Source: Desulfobaccales bacterium
GTDB lineage: Bacteria > Desulfobacterota > Desulfobaccia > Desulfobaccales > 0-14-0-80-60-11
NCBI GenBank assembly: GCA_041740935.1
Contig: JBGSLA010000009.1
Location: 1 to 55,738, forward strand
Length of the DNA stretch: 55,738 nucleotides
Direction of reading: 5' to 3'
This document shows positions 35,902 through 45,502 of the stretch, in pieces. Both the position numbers and the translations under genes were made by a program. The first letter of the stretch is position 1, and every line of letters begins with the position of its first letter. The notes under the pieces are model-generated. The model ran no database searches. It was not told where the DNA came from and saw nothing but the letters and a program-made list of their open reading frames with translations.

Positions 35902-37281
35902 ATGGGCCTTCTCAAGGAAAAGCTTTTGCTGCCTACGGTCATTCTCAGCTCGTCCGAAATATCCCGTCTCTCTGCCGCCGACATCGACACCTGGAGGCGT
36001 GAGGCGTCCTGGCTGCTCATTGCCTTCGGGGAGAGCAGCCCCGAGTATCTCCAGGAAATCTCGTCCCATATCGCTGCCTGGGCCCCTGAGCCGCGAGCCC
36101 TGGTTATCGACGCCGGTCGATTTTTTGAAAAATCCCCCTGGAAGCCCCCCGCCATCACCAGGGAACACCTGCCCCTGGTCGCCGGGATTCATCTCGCCGA
36201 GTGGGACCGGGATGAGCTGCTCAAAACTTTATCCAAACTAACCCCGGCGGAGCTGTCAGCCTGGCCGGCCCTGCAGTTGGGATATGAACAGGCCTATGCC
36301 CTCCTGTATCGCCACAGCGATTACTACTACCAGGCCGGCGCCCTGGTCACCGATTTTTGCAATCTGCGCTGTGAGATGTGCATGTTCCACAGCGCCAATG
36401 AGGCGGACTATCAATTCCGCCAGCTGCGCCGGGCCGACCGCGTCCAGCAGGAAATTTCCCCGGAAATAATGTTCTCCTATATCGACCAACTGCTGCCCGG
36501 CGCCGGCATCCTGTTTTCGTCCTCCGGCGAACTGTTCATGTCGAAACGGGCCCTGGAATATATCGAATATGCTGCCAAGCAGGGCAAATCCCCCCTGGTC
36601 ATCACCAACGGCATGTTGCTCACCCCGGAAGTGTCCGCCCGGCTGTTGGCCGCCGGGGTGTCCCACTTCATTGTCAGCGTCGACGGCCACACCGCCGACC
36701 TGTACCACAAGAGGCGCAAGGGGGGGGATTTCGCCAGGATCTTGCATCATATCCAGCAGCTGCGGTTGTTGATCGACAGGCACAAACATAAGGCCACCAT
36801 TGACGTCAACACTATCCTGTTCGCCGACCTGGAAGCCCAGAAACACGAAATTATCGATTTCTGGCGGGACAAAGTCGACCAGTTGACCTTTTTGGTGGAG
36901 CGCCTCGATTACCTGGGGAAACCCCGGCAGCTGTTGTTTGAACCCGCGCCGGTGCGGCTGTGCCTGGAGCCCATGTCCGGCCCCCTGCTCCTGGCCAACG
37001 GCCTGATCGCGCCCTGCTGCAGCGTGGCCATCGCCGAATGGTTTGAGCCCATGGAGTGGCTTCTGGACATCAAAAAGACCCCTCTCGACCAGGCCTTGAA
37101 AACCTATCGCCTGATGATGCTGGATAAAGACAGTCCCTTGCGGGAGTATTGTTCCCGGTGTCATTACTGGGCCAACAGTTTTTGGCAAAACGGCCGCTCC
37201 CCGTTCAGTGAAATACATCACTTTGACAAACCCAAAAGTTTTTTCAATAAAATTAAAAACGCTGTTGGATTATGGGAATAA
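35902..37281 (+). CDS. radical SAM protein, paralogue of 34416-35846
   Basis: CNLRCEMC, SSSGELFMS, and C-terminal CLEP...PCCS...CSRC. The N-terminal domain differs from its neighbour's. Confidence 0.8.
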   Translation: MGLLKEKLLLPTVILSSSEISRLSAADIDTWRREASWLLIAFGESSPEYLQEISSHIAAWAPEPRALVIDAGRFFEKSPWKPPAITREHLPLVAGIHLAEWDRDELLKTLSKLTPAELSAWPALQLGYEQAYALLYRHSDYYYQAGALVTDFCNLRCEMCMFHSANEADYQFRQLRRADRVQQEISPEIMFSYIDQLLPGAGILFSSSGELFMSKRALEYIEYAAKQGKSPLVITNGMLLTPEVSARLLAAGVSHFIVSVDGHTADLYHKRRKGGDFARILHHIQQLRLLIDRHKHKATIDVNTILFADLEAQKHEIIDFWRDKVDQLTFLVERLDYLGKPRQLLFEPAPVRLCLEPMSGPLLLANGLIAPCCSVAIAEWFEPMEWLLDIKKTPLDQALKTYRLMMLDKDSPLREYCSRCHYWANSFWQNGRSPFSEIHHFDKPKSFFNKIKNAVGLWE

Positions 37282-37973
37282 CCTTTTCCTTCCTGCCGTT
37301 TTTTGACCGGTGCCATCGCCGCCGGGCCCTCCAAAGTCCTGTATTGGCACTGGGATCATTGGAAATTCACGAACCTGAAGATGAGATTATTGCTTTCGGA
37401 AAAAAACATGCGTATCCGAATTTACTGAAAGACAAGACGGTCAGAAGTTTATTGTTGGATAGATATGGCATTGATCAGTATCAAGACTGTGATATCAATG
37501 AACAAGCCGATATGCAGGTGGATTTAAATTTTGCCGTTGACCAAAATCTGGCCGGATCGGCGGCGACCATTCTGGATGGCGGGACCTTGGAGCACCTCTT
37601 TGATATCAGACAGGCCCTGGCCAATATCCACCAGATGGTGAGACAGGGGGGGACCATCATTCACATAAGTCCCTTGACCTGGTTCGATCACGGTTTTTAT
37701 AATTTCAATCCAAAATTGTTTAAAGGCCTGATCAAGGCCAACGGCTACGAATTTCTGGTGGAAGCGTTCTGGATTCCCTCAACTCCAAAAAGGTTTTTCC
37801 GGCAAAAAACGGAGCCTCAAATCTTTATAACCTTTGACGGCAAAGAAGATTCTGAGGCAATTAAAAAGATGGAGAAACATTTTTATCATCAACTAATTCC
37901 GGCTAATTCTCTTTATATGATTGCCTATAAAAAAGAGAGCGACAACAATTTCCAATATCCATACGATATGTAG
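37272..37973 (+). CDS. putative methyltransferase-fold protein (degenerate motif I)
   Basis: ILDGGTLEHLFDIRQALANIHQMVRQGGTIIHISP fits the post-motif-II region of class I methyltransferases. The N-terminal glycine motif is unclear. It overlaps the upstream gene by 10 nt. Confidence 0.5.
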   Translation: MGITFSFLPFFDRCHRRRALQSPVLALGSLEIHEPEDEIIAFGKKHAYPNLLKDKTVRSLLLDRYGIDQYQDCDINEQADMQVDLNFAVDQNLAGSAATILDGGTLEHLFDIRQALANIHQMVRQGGTIIHISPLTWFDHGFYNFNPKLFKGLIKANGYEFLVEAFWIPSTPKRFFRQKTEPQIFITFDGKEDSEAIKKMEKHFYHQLIPANSLYMIAYKKESDNNFQYPYDM

Positions 37974-38026
37974 TTTACATATAATTGGGGCACATTTTTT
38001 TAAGGGGTTTTTTTACATTAACTTCT

Positions 38027-38983
38027 ATGGAATATATACCATGTAATCTTTGTGGGAGTGACCATTCCACGGTGCTTTTCCGTTGCAAGGATTATTTTCT
38101 CAATATTTCAGACGTAGAATATGCCGTAGTAAAATGCCGGGAGTGCGGCCTGGTCTATGTCAACCCCCGGCCCACCGAAGAAGAGATTTCCTCTTTATAT
38201 ACGGCTGAATATTACCGGGCCGATCTCACCCCGGAGGAGCTGTTAGGGGAACGAAAAGAGCAGCTGCTGGCCAAATTTGCCAGAGTAAAGCATCTCCCTC
38301 CCGGACGGTTGCTGGATATCGGCTGCCAAAAGGGGGAGTTTCCTTTTTTTATGAGCCAGAAGGGCTGGGAGGTCCAGGGGGTGGAATTTTTCCCCGGCCC
38401 CCCCAATCTGTTCGGGGTGGATATTTTTTATGGGAACCTGACTGACGCGGGCTTCCCGTCCGAGACTTTCGATCTGGTGACCCTGTGGGCCGTCCTGGAG
38501 CACGTGTATTACCCCCGGGAAATGCTGGAGGAAGTTCACCGCATCCTGAAGCCGGGGGGGGCGGTGGTGCTGCTGGTGACCAATATCCACAGCATTCCCG
38601 GGCGCTTCCTGAGGCATGACGACATTCCCCGGCACACCACCCTGTTTTCCCGGCGCACGATCTCCAGGATGCTGGAGATAACCGGTTTTCAGCCCCGGGC
38701 CGGTTATTACGGGAACGACATTTTCAACGGCTCCACCAGGGGGGTGCTGAATTATCTTGTCAAGCTGGCGGCCGGCGAACGGCTGCCGGATATTGTGGCC
38801 CAAAACCGCATCGCCGGCAAATGGCATGAATTTTCCGGCCAACTCTGTGGCAGAGATTCCCGGTTCATGAGTTTCATCGACCGCACCGATATCGCGTTGA
38901 CGCCGTTTTTGGATCGCCTGGTGGACCGCCTGGGTCTGGGTTTCATCATGACCGTGGAGGCCAAAAAGGTTGAGCAAGGGTGA
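38027..38983 (+). CDS. class I SAM-dependent methyltransferase with N-terminal zinc ribbon
   Basis: CNLCGS...CRECG ribbon; LLDIGCQKGEFPFFMSQKGWEVQGVE; FDLVTLWAVLEHV; LKPGGAVVL. Confidence 0.8.
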   Translation: MEYIPCNLCGSDHSTVLFRCKDYFLNISDVEYAVVKCRECGLVYVNPRPTEEEISSLYTAEYYRADLTPEELLGERKEQLLAKFARVKHLPPGRLLDIGCQKGEFPFFMSQKGWEVQGVEFFPGPPNLFGVDIFYGNLTDAGFPSETFDLVTLWAVLEHVYYPREMLEEVHRILKPGGAVVLLVTNIHSIPGRFLRHDDIPRHTTLFSRRTISRMLEITGFQPRAGYYGNDIFNGSTRGVLNYLVKLAAGERLPDIVAQNRIAGKWHEFSGQLCGRDSRFMSFIDRTDIALTPFLDRLVDRLGLGFIMTVEAKKVEQG

Positions 38984-39043
38984 AGGGCCGGGGCAGTCCC
39001 GCCGAGTCATCAGGGCGCCCCTGGCTGAAAATCAGAGGAAATC

Positions 39044-40636
39044 ATGAATTCTGCTGCGGATAACCATTTTGAAGACAGTTACACCAAAATCTTGGCGGTA
39101 TTTACCGAGCTGGGCTATCCCCAGGATCTCATCGGGCAGTGGAGCCTGCCCCGGCAGGATGCCAGGACCCTCATGGATATTCTCCAGGACTGCCGCCCCC
39201 GCAACATCCTGGAGGTGGGCACCTTTGTGGGCATGACCACCCTGATGATGGCCTTGATGAGCCCCCCGGACACCCATATACATTCCATTGACCCCAATTT
39301 TCCCCTGAAAACGGAAATGGAGTCCATGCGCAGCAAATTATTTGACTTTGACACAACCATTAAGGCTCAGGATCTGGCGCTGCAGGCCGCGCAACGGTTG
39401 GGCATTGATAATAAAATTACCTTTCACGAGGGAGGTTTTTCCACGAGCAACACCTTTGCTTCTTATAATACCTCGCCGTCAAGTCGCATTTCTATTGTGG
39501 GTCCGGATATCTGCAGCCAATATGGTCCGTTCGATTTTATTTTTGTCGACGGCCTGCATTATGAAGACGATGTTTTTTCCGATATATCTTTGGCCGCTCA
39601 ATATATCCTGCCATCGAAATTTATTGCCATCCATGACGTCTTGGGTCGCTGGGGTGGGAATGTCAGACGGGCCCTCTTCAGATTCCTGGAAAACCACTCA
39701 GATTACCACTTTTCCCATGGCCATTTCTCCAAGGTATTTGAATCAATCGGCCTGTTGCAACGTTCCCCCTGGGACCCCGGGGCATATCATCAACCCATAG
39801 ACCAGGAAATCAGCTCCGGCAGCATTATTCAGGACAAATTACTGTCAAACTTAGCAGCACTTCTGGTCAATTTATTCAATCCGTCCAGTGTGGTGCAACT
39901 TGGGGGCAATATCGATCTTTCAAGGAAAATACAAGAATTGGGGGTGTCCGAGGTCGCGGCATTCATCTCCACCCCTCCGGAAACCGCCGGGGGATCCGTC
40001 CCCATCACCGTGTTCAACCCCCAGGAGGCCGTCCCTCTCGAGAAGAGGTATGATCTGTGTCTCTGTCTGGAAATTATGGATGTGGTGCCCCAGGAAGCCG
40101 TTGACCGGCTGCTCCAGGCTTGTGTGGAGGCCAGCGACACTATTATCTTTGCCTGCTCTCCCCCGGGAGAAATGGGAAAATATCAACCGAACAACAAGCC
40201 GTTAACGTATTGGATAAAAAGGTTTTTTGAAAAAGGGTATCTTTTCCATGATGTGATCCGCCCTGTTCTCGAACCGCATGTAGAGGTGTTATATGCAGAG
40301 AATTATAGAAATTCATCTTATTTGCTTAATATATATTTAGTAAAAAAAGACGATAGATTGGAATCAGATTTGGTGGATAAGGCATTTTTAGAGGAAATTA
40401 TGGTCAGCAAAGGAAGAAGAATAGAAGACTTGGAGCTCCAAAATCTCTATCAAAAATGTATTATTCAGAAGGATATAACCCTTGAAATAATAGATGGATA
40501 TGAGAATATTTGCAGAGAATTCGATAAAATAAAAAATTATTATGAATCTATTCATTTATTCAATAATAAAGTATTCAGCAATACCATTAAAAGAGCCAAA
40601 GAAATTATAGGCGGCCTTTTCCAAAAGAAAGAATAA
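39044..40636 (+). CDS. two-domain methyltransferase-like protein with C-terminal coiled coil
   Basis: Domain 1 is O-methyltransferase-like (ILEVGTFVGMTTLMMA ... FIFVDGLHYEDDV). Domain 2 has VVQLGGN...YDLCLCLEIMDVVP...IIFACSP. The C-terminal ~110 aa are AT-rich and heptad-like. Confidence 0.65.
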   Translation: MNSAADNHFEDSYTKILAVFTELGYPQDLIGQWSLPRQDARTLMDILQDCRPRNILEVGTFVGMTTLMMALMSPPDTHIHSIDPNFPLKTEMESMRSKLFDFDTTIKAQDLALQAAQRLGIDNKITFHEGGFSTSNTFASYNTSPSSRISIVGPDICSQYGPFDFIFVDGLHYEDDVFSDISLAAQYILPSKFIAIHDVLGRWGGNVRRALFRFLENHSDYHFSHGHFSKVFESIGLLQRSPWDPGAYHQPIDQEISSGSIIQDKLLSNLAALLVNLFNPSSVVQLGGNIDLSRKIQELGVSEVAAFISTPPETAGGSVPITVFNPQEAVPLEKRYDLCLCLEIMDVVPQEAVDRLLQACVEASDTIIFACSPPGEMGKYQPNNKPLTYWIKRFFEKGYLFHDVIRPVLEPHVEVLYAENYRNSSYLLNIYLVKKDDRLESDLVDKAFLEEIMVSKGRRIEDLELQNLYQKCIIQKDITLEIIDGYENICREFDKIKNYYESIHLFNNKVFSNTIKRAKEIIGGLFQKKE

Positions 40637-40679
40637 ACTACTTGAAATATCAATGAAACAATTTTAGGTCGTTTATAAT

Positions 40680-42380
40680 ATGAGACGATTTGTAACAGGA
40701 GGGATAATAGGGATACTTGTGGTTTTGGCCGGCATCTGGGGCTATACTGCGGTCTTTTCCCATCCACCGAAAATCATCCAACAAGACCTCACCGGGCCGT
40801 TCAAACACGAACAAGGCCATTGCTGGGTAGCGGAGCTGCCGGCCTTGGCCGGGTGGGCGGACAGCCAGCCGCAACAGGAAAACTCCACCCTGATGATTTA
40901 TGAAGACGGCCGTCCTTTGGGGCCGGCCCACGCCCAGCACGACAATATCCGGAAAATGGGGCAAGGGAGATTTTCCCATTGGGGGGAGGCGTTATATTTT
41001 TCCACCCGCGACAACTCAGACCCCAACACCAATGGAAAGCATTATACTATAACCGCATCTCCGGTGTCCTATTATCTCAAAATCACCAGACAGACTGTTT
41101 TAATTCTTTTGGGTCTCATTTTAGCCGGGGGGATCGGCGGCTTGGTTTTCATGACTTTTTTCCTAACCGGTTCAAAAATAAAAATATGGTTTATTATTCT
41201 TGCTTTAGTAAATACAGGAATTATTTACTTTCTTTTTTTAAATATTATTAATCCGATTGTCTGGTATGGAAAATTTGGTTATATATTACTTTTTCTTTTT
41301 TATTTGTTGGCTTTTTCAAGCTTATTTTTGTTGTTTCATGAAATAATTAACAACCAATTAATAAACGGCTGGAGGAAGTTGGCCTGCAGTATATTTTATC
41401 TCTGGGCCATCCTGGGTACCTTTGCTTTGCTCTTTGAAATATTTTTTCGAATAATTCCTGTCTATGACACCCTGGCGCTCAATCCGGGAGTAAAATATTT
41501 TTGGCCGGATTATAATAATTTCCCCATAAATTCCATGGGGTATCGGGATCGCCCTTTTACTGCCAAGGAAAATCCTCATACATTCCGGATCCTGGTGGTG
41601 GGCGATTCATTTACCGAGGGGTCCGGGTGCCGGCGGGAAGAGACTTTTGCGGGGGTCCTGGAGCACCAACTGAACCAGCGCTTTCAAAGAAAAGATTGTC
41701 CCAACTGGGTGGAGGTGTATAATCTGGGGCGCTGCGGGGCCAACACGGTGGAGGAGGTCCATCGCATTTTGACGGAGGGGCCGATCCTGAAGCCGGATCT
41801 GATTATTTTGGCCTATGTATTAAATGATCCGGAGAACCATCCCCCGGATATAAAATTTTTCAATCCACCCCCTTGGGCTTCGGTGATTCATAAAGTTTTT
41901 CTGGATGAAGTGAATTCATACGCCTACTATTGGTTTTTTACCAAATTTACGGTCTTTCGCGGGACAGTGTCGTCTTCAGATGATTATTGTGTAGCGGTTC
42001 ATGATGACAATTACCAAGGACTCATAAATGCGAAGGCAGCCCTGGTCCAGTTAAAAAAATATCTGCAAGAAAACAACATTGATTTTCTTGCCATAATTTT
42101 TCCACAATTCAAGCAAGGTGAATATCCTCTTAAATTAAAGAAATTACATGAACAAGTATTCCAGATGATGCAGGTATATAATTTCGAAACGGTTGATCTC
42201 TTGAAATTTTTTGAAAAAATCAATAAGAATTTAGGCGTATTTGCCTTCAGTGTCTATGATCAACACCCTAATGCTTTAGCGCATAAACTGGTGGGGAATT
42301 TTTTGGCTGAGTCCATGGGTAAACGGGAGTCTTTTGTCCGGGCCTGGGAGAATTGCGGTCCCGAGGTGGTTTCCAGGTAA
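40680..42380 (+). CDS. polytopic membrane protein with C-terminal SGNH/GDSL hydrolase domain
   Basis: N-terminal TM, a ~110-aa loop domain, about 5 TM helices, then FRILVVGDSFTEGSG (block I Ser) and a C-terminal DQHPN-type block. Confidence 0.7.
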   Translation: MRRFVTGGIIGILVVLAGIWGYTAVFSHPPKIIQQDLTGPFKHEQGHCWVAELPALAGWADSQPQQENSTLMIYEDGRPLGPAHAQHDNIRKMGQGRFSHWGEALYFSTRDNSDPNTNGKHYTITASPVSYYLKITRQTVLILLGLILAGGIGGLVFMTFFLTGSKIKIWFIILALVNTGIIYFLFLNIINPIVWYGKFGYILLFLFYLLAFSSLFLLFHEIINNQLINGWRKLACSIFYLWAILGTFALLFEIFFRIIPVYDTLALNPGVKYFWPDYNNFPINSMGYRDRPFTAKENPHTFRILVVGDSFTEGSGCRREETFAGVLEHQLNQRFQRKDCPNWVEVYNLGRCGANTVEEVHRILTEGPILKPDLIILAYVLNDPENHPPDIKFFNPPPWASVIHKVFLDEVNSYAYYWFFTKFTVFRGTVSSSDDYCVAVHDDNYQGLINAKAALVQLKKYLQENNIDFLAIIFPQFKQGEYPLKLKKLHEQVFQMMQVYNFETVDLLKFFEKINKNLGVFAFSVYDQHPNALAHKLVGNFLAESMGKRESFVRAWENCGPEVVSR

Positions 42381-42433
42381 GCGCTTGACCTTTTCAACCT
42401 CCCCGTAATCGGGGGAGCAGGGGCGATTTTCCC

Positions 42434-44344
42434 ATGTGTGGCATTTGCGGCATTGTCTATACCGATCCCGAGCGCCGGGTGGAGCCGGGCTTGCTTAAGA
42501 ACATGAACCGGGTGATGGCGCACCGGGGCCCGGATGACCAGGGAACCTGGAGCCAGGGCCGGGTGGGGCTGGGGCATGTGCGGCTGTCCATCATCGACCT
42601 GTCCCCCCTGGGCCATCAGCCCATGTGCAACGAAGACCAGACGGTCTGGATCACCTATAACGGCGAGATTTATAACTTTCTGGAGCTCCGGGAGGAACTG
42701 CAGCAAAAGGGGCATACCTTCCGCTCCCGCACCGACACGGAGGTGATCGTCCACCTCTGGGAGGAAGAGGGGGTCAGGTGCGTGGAGCGCCTCCGGGGCA
42801 TGTTCGCCTTCGCCATCTGGGACGAGCGGCAGCAGGTCCTGTTTCTGGCCCGGGACCGCATGGGCAAAAAACCCCTGTTTTACGCCATGCTGCCGGACCG
42901 GTTTCTGTTCGGCTCGGAAATCAAGGCGATCCTGCAGGATGGGGATATCAAGCCGGAGCCCGACCTTCGGGCCCTGCATTATTATCTCACCTACCAGTCC
43001 GTACCCTCGCCCTACAGCGCCTTTCGGGGCATTAACAAACTCCCCCCGGCCCATTGTCTGTTGGTCAAGGGGGGGCGGGGCGAGCCCCGGCGCTATTGGA
43101 AGCTCTCCTATCGGGATAAGTTGGCAGTGAACGGCGACCGGGGGGAGGAAAATCTCCAGGAAGAAATCATCGAGCGTCTGCGGGAGGCGGTGCGCCTGCG
43201 GCTGGTGAGCGATGTGCCGTTGGGGGCCTTTCTGTCCGGGGGCATCGACTCCTCCCTGGTGGTGGCCCTGATGGCCGGCATCATGAAGGAACCGGTCAAG
43301 ACCTTCTCCATCAGCTTCGCGCAGGAAGAGTATGACGAAGCCCGCTACGCCCAATTGGTGGCGGGCCGCTATAAGACGGACCATCATGAGTTCAGGGTCA
43401 CCCCGGACGCCCGGGCCATCTTTCCGGAGCTGGTCTGGCATTACAACGAGCCCTTTGCCGACCCCTCGGCCATCCCTACCTATTACGTTTCCCAGATGGC
43501 CCGGCAGCACGTCACCGTGGTCTTAAACGGCGACGGCGGCGATGAGAACTTCGCCGGCTATCCCCGCTATGCCTTAAACGGCGCGTTTGAGCGGCAGGGG
43601 GGCCTGCTGCCCCTTGTGCGCCACTGGCTGGGGGACCTGGGGGGCTGGCAGGCCTTTGTGCGGCAGCAGCGTTTGTGGCGGGATCCTGCGGCGTTGGTCT
43701 CTTTTTCGCCGCGCCTGTTTTCCTATTACTGGCGCATCACCCACTTTCATGAACTCCATCAGGCCAATCTGTACAGCGACGAGATGAAGGCCGCCACTGC
43801 GGCCTATCCGGCCTTTCAGGTGATGCTGGGGAAATATCGCGCCTCGGACGCCCGGTCTTTTCTGGATGCACTGTTGAACCTGGATCTGGATCTGTATTTG
43901 CCGGACACCCTGATGGTTAAGGTGGATATCGCGTCCATGGCTCATTCCCTGGAGGCCCGGGCCCCCATGCTGGACCATCATTTTCTGGAGTTTGCCGCCC
44001 GGATTCCGGCGGCTTTGAAGCTCAAAAACGGCCAGGTCAGCAAGTATATTTTCAAGAAGGCGGCGGAGCCCTTTCTCCCCCATGAGGTCATCTACCGCCC
44101 CAAAATGGGGTTCGGGGTGCCCACCGACCACTGGTTCCGCCACGAACTCAAGGACCTGGTGAACGACACCCTGCTCAGTCCCCGGGCGGTGGGCCGGGGG
44201 TATTTCCGCCGGGATTTTGTGGAAAGAATGTTGAGACAGCATCAGAATTCCGAATGCAATTGGCAATATCTCATCTGGAATCTGCTGATGCTGGAGTTTT
44301 GGCACCAGATGTTCATTGACCGGACCATGCCCCAGCCGACCTGA
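42434..44344 (+). CDS. asparagine synthase (glutamine-hydrolysing)-family amidotransferase
   Basis: MCGICG N-terminal nucleophile and PP-loop FLSGGIDSS; 636 aa. Confidence 0.88.
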   Translation: MCGICGIVYTDPERRVEPGLLKNMNRVMAHRGPDDQGTWSQGRVGLGHVRLSIIDLSPLGHQPMCNEDQTVWITYNGEIYNFLELREELQQKGHTFRSRTDTEVIVHLWEEEGVRCVERLRGMFAFAIWDERQQVLFLARDRMGKKPLFYAMLPDRFLFGSEIKAILQDGDIKPEPDLRALHYYLTYQSVPSPYSAFRGINKLPPAHCLLVKGGRGEPRRYWKLSYRDKLAVNGDRGEENLQEEIIERLREAVRLRLVSDVPLGAFLSGGIDSSLVVALMAGIMKEPVKTFSISFAQEEYDEARYAQLVAGRYKTDHHEFRVTPDARAIFPELVWHYNEPFADPSAIPTYYVSQMARQHVTVVLNGDGGDENFAGYPRYALNGAFERQGGLLPLVRHWLGDLGGWQAFVRQQRLWRDPAALVSFSPRLFSYYWRITHFHELHQANLYSDEMKAATAAYPAFQVMLGKYRASDARSFLDALLNLDLDLYLPDTLMVKVDIASMAHSLEARAPMLDHHFLEFAARIPAALKLKNGQVSKYIFKKAAEPFLPHEVIYRPKMGFGVPTDHWFRHELKDLVNDTLLSPRAVGRGYFRRDFVERMLRQHQNSECNWQYLIWNLLMLEFWHQMFIDRTMPQPT

Positions 44345-44352
44345 TAATACCC

Positions 44353-45480
44353 ATGAAATCCTCCAAACCTTCCATCATGATGATTATTTCCCAGTTCCGT
44401 CCGGTGGCCAGCGGCGCCGAACTCCAGGCGGAACGGCTGGCCTGCAAATTGGCGGACCTGGGTTTTCCCATGAAGGTGCTCACCCAGCGGCGGGACCCCG
44501 CTTCCCTGCCGTATGAGGTTTTTCAGGGCATCGAGATCTTTCGCAGCGATTTTCCCATCGCCTACTGGCTGAACCGGGACTCGGTGCCGACCCTGCGCTA
44601 TCTGATGAAAACGGCCCCCACCTACGACATCATGCACAACCATCAGATGTTCGGGCATGCGGTGGTGTCCACCCTGGTGGCCCGCTGGCTGGGGAAAAAG
44701 AACCTCATCAAGTTGGCCTGCGCCGGCACTTTTGGGGACCTGGAGGTGTTATCCAAATTTCCTTATGCCAGGTGGGGCTTGCAGGTGCTGCACCAGGCGG
44801 ACGCCATCGTGGCCATCAGCCGGGAAATCGAGGCGGAGCTGCTGGCCCACGGCTTTGATCCGGAGCGCATCCATTTTATTCCCAACGGCGTGAATCTTGA
44901 TGAATTTCAGCGGACCCGGCCCTTCCCTGCCACCCCCCGGCGGCGCTTTATCCTGCTGGGCCGGCGGACGCCCCAAAAGGGCATCGATACTGCGCTTCAG
45001 GCCGTGAAAATTCTGAAGGACAAGGGTTATGCGGACAGTCTCGAGCTCAATTTATACGGCTGGGATTATTCCGAATGGGATTACCGCCGGATGGCCCGGG
45101 ACCTGGAGGTGGACGGCTCTGTGCGCTTTCTGCCTTTTGAGACTGATGTGTTGGGGGTGTATCAGGACGCCTACGCGCTCCTGTTGCCCAGCGTGGGTGA
45201 AGGGCTTTCCAATGTGCTCCTGGAGGCCATGGCCATGGAAATGCCGGTGATCGCCAGCCGGGTGAGCGGCACCGTGGAGGTGGTGGACCACTGCCGGGAC
45301 GGCCTGCTGATCCCGCCCGGGTCGCCGGAAGCTCTGGCCGCGGCCATGGAAGTGGTGCTGACCCGGCCGGAGTTGGTCCTGGAGTGGGGCCGCCAGGCCC
45401 GCCGGAAGGTTCAGGCGCGTTATTCCCTGGACGCGGTGGCCCGACAATACGCCGGGCTCTATGATTTTCTTATGAGCTAA
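44353..45480 (+). CDS. GT4-family glycosyltransferase
   Basis: E-x7-E region PSVGEGLSNVLLEAMAMEMPVIASRVSG; GT-B architecture; 375 aa. Confidence 0.85.
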   Translation: MKSSKPSIMMIISQFRPVASGAELQAERLACKLADLGFPMKVLTQRRDPASLPYEVFQGIEIFRSDFPIAYWLNRDSVPTLRYLMKTAPTYDIMHNHQMFGHAVVSTLVARWLGKKNLIKLACAGTFGDLEVLSKFPYARWGLQVLHQADAIVAISREIEAELLAHGFDPERIHFIPNGVNLDEFQRTRPFPATPRRRFILLGRRTPQKGIDTALQAVKILKDKGYADSLELNLYGWDYSEWDYRRMARDLEVDGSVRFLPFETDVLGVYQDAYALLLPSVGEGLSNVLLEAMAMEMPVIASRVSGTVEVVDHCRDGLLIPPGSPEALAAAMEVVLTRPELVLEWGRQARRKVQARYSLDAVARQYAGLYDFLMS

Positions 45481-45502
45481 AACGGAAGGGGACTGAGAGC
45501 CA

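Noticed and set aside
35889-36002. 37-codon ORF overlapping the start of the second radical SAM gene
   Set aside because: It is out of frame with a gene that shows strong third-position GC bias from ATG 35902. The peptide is Arg/His-rich noise.
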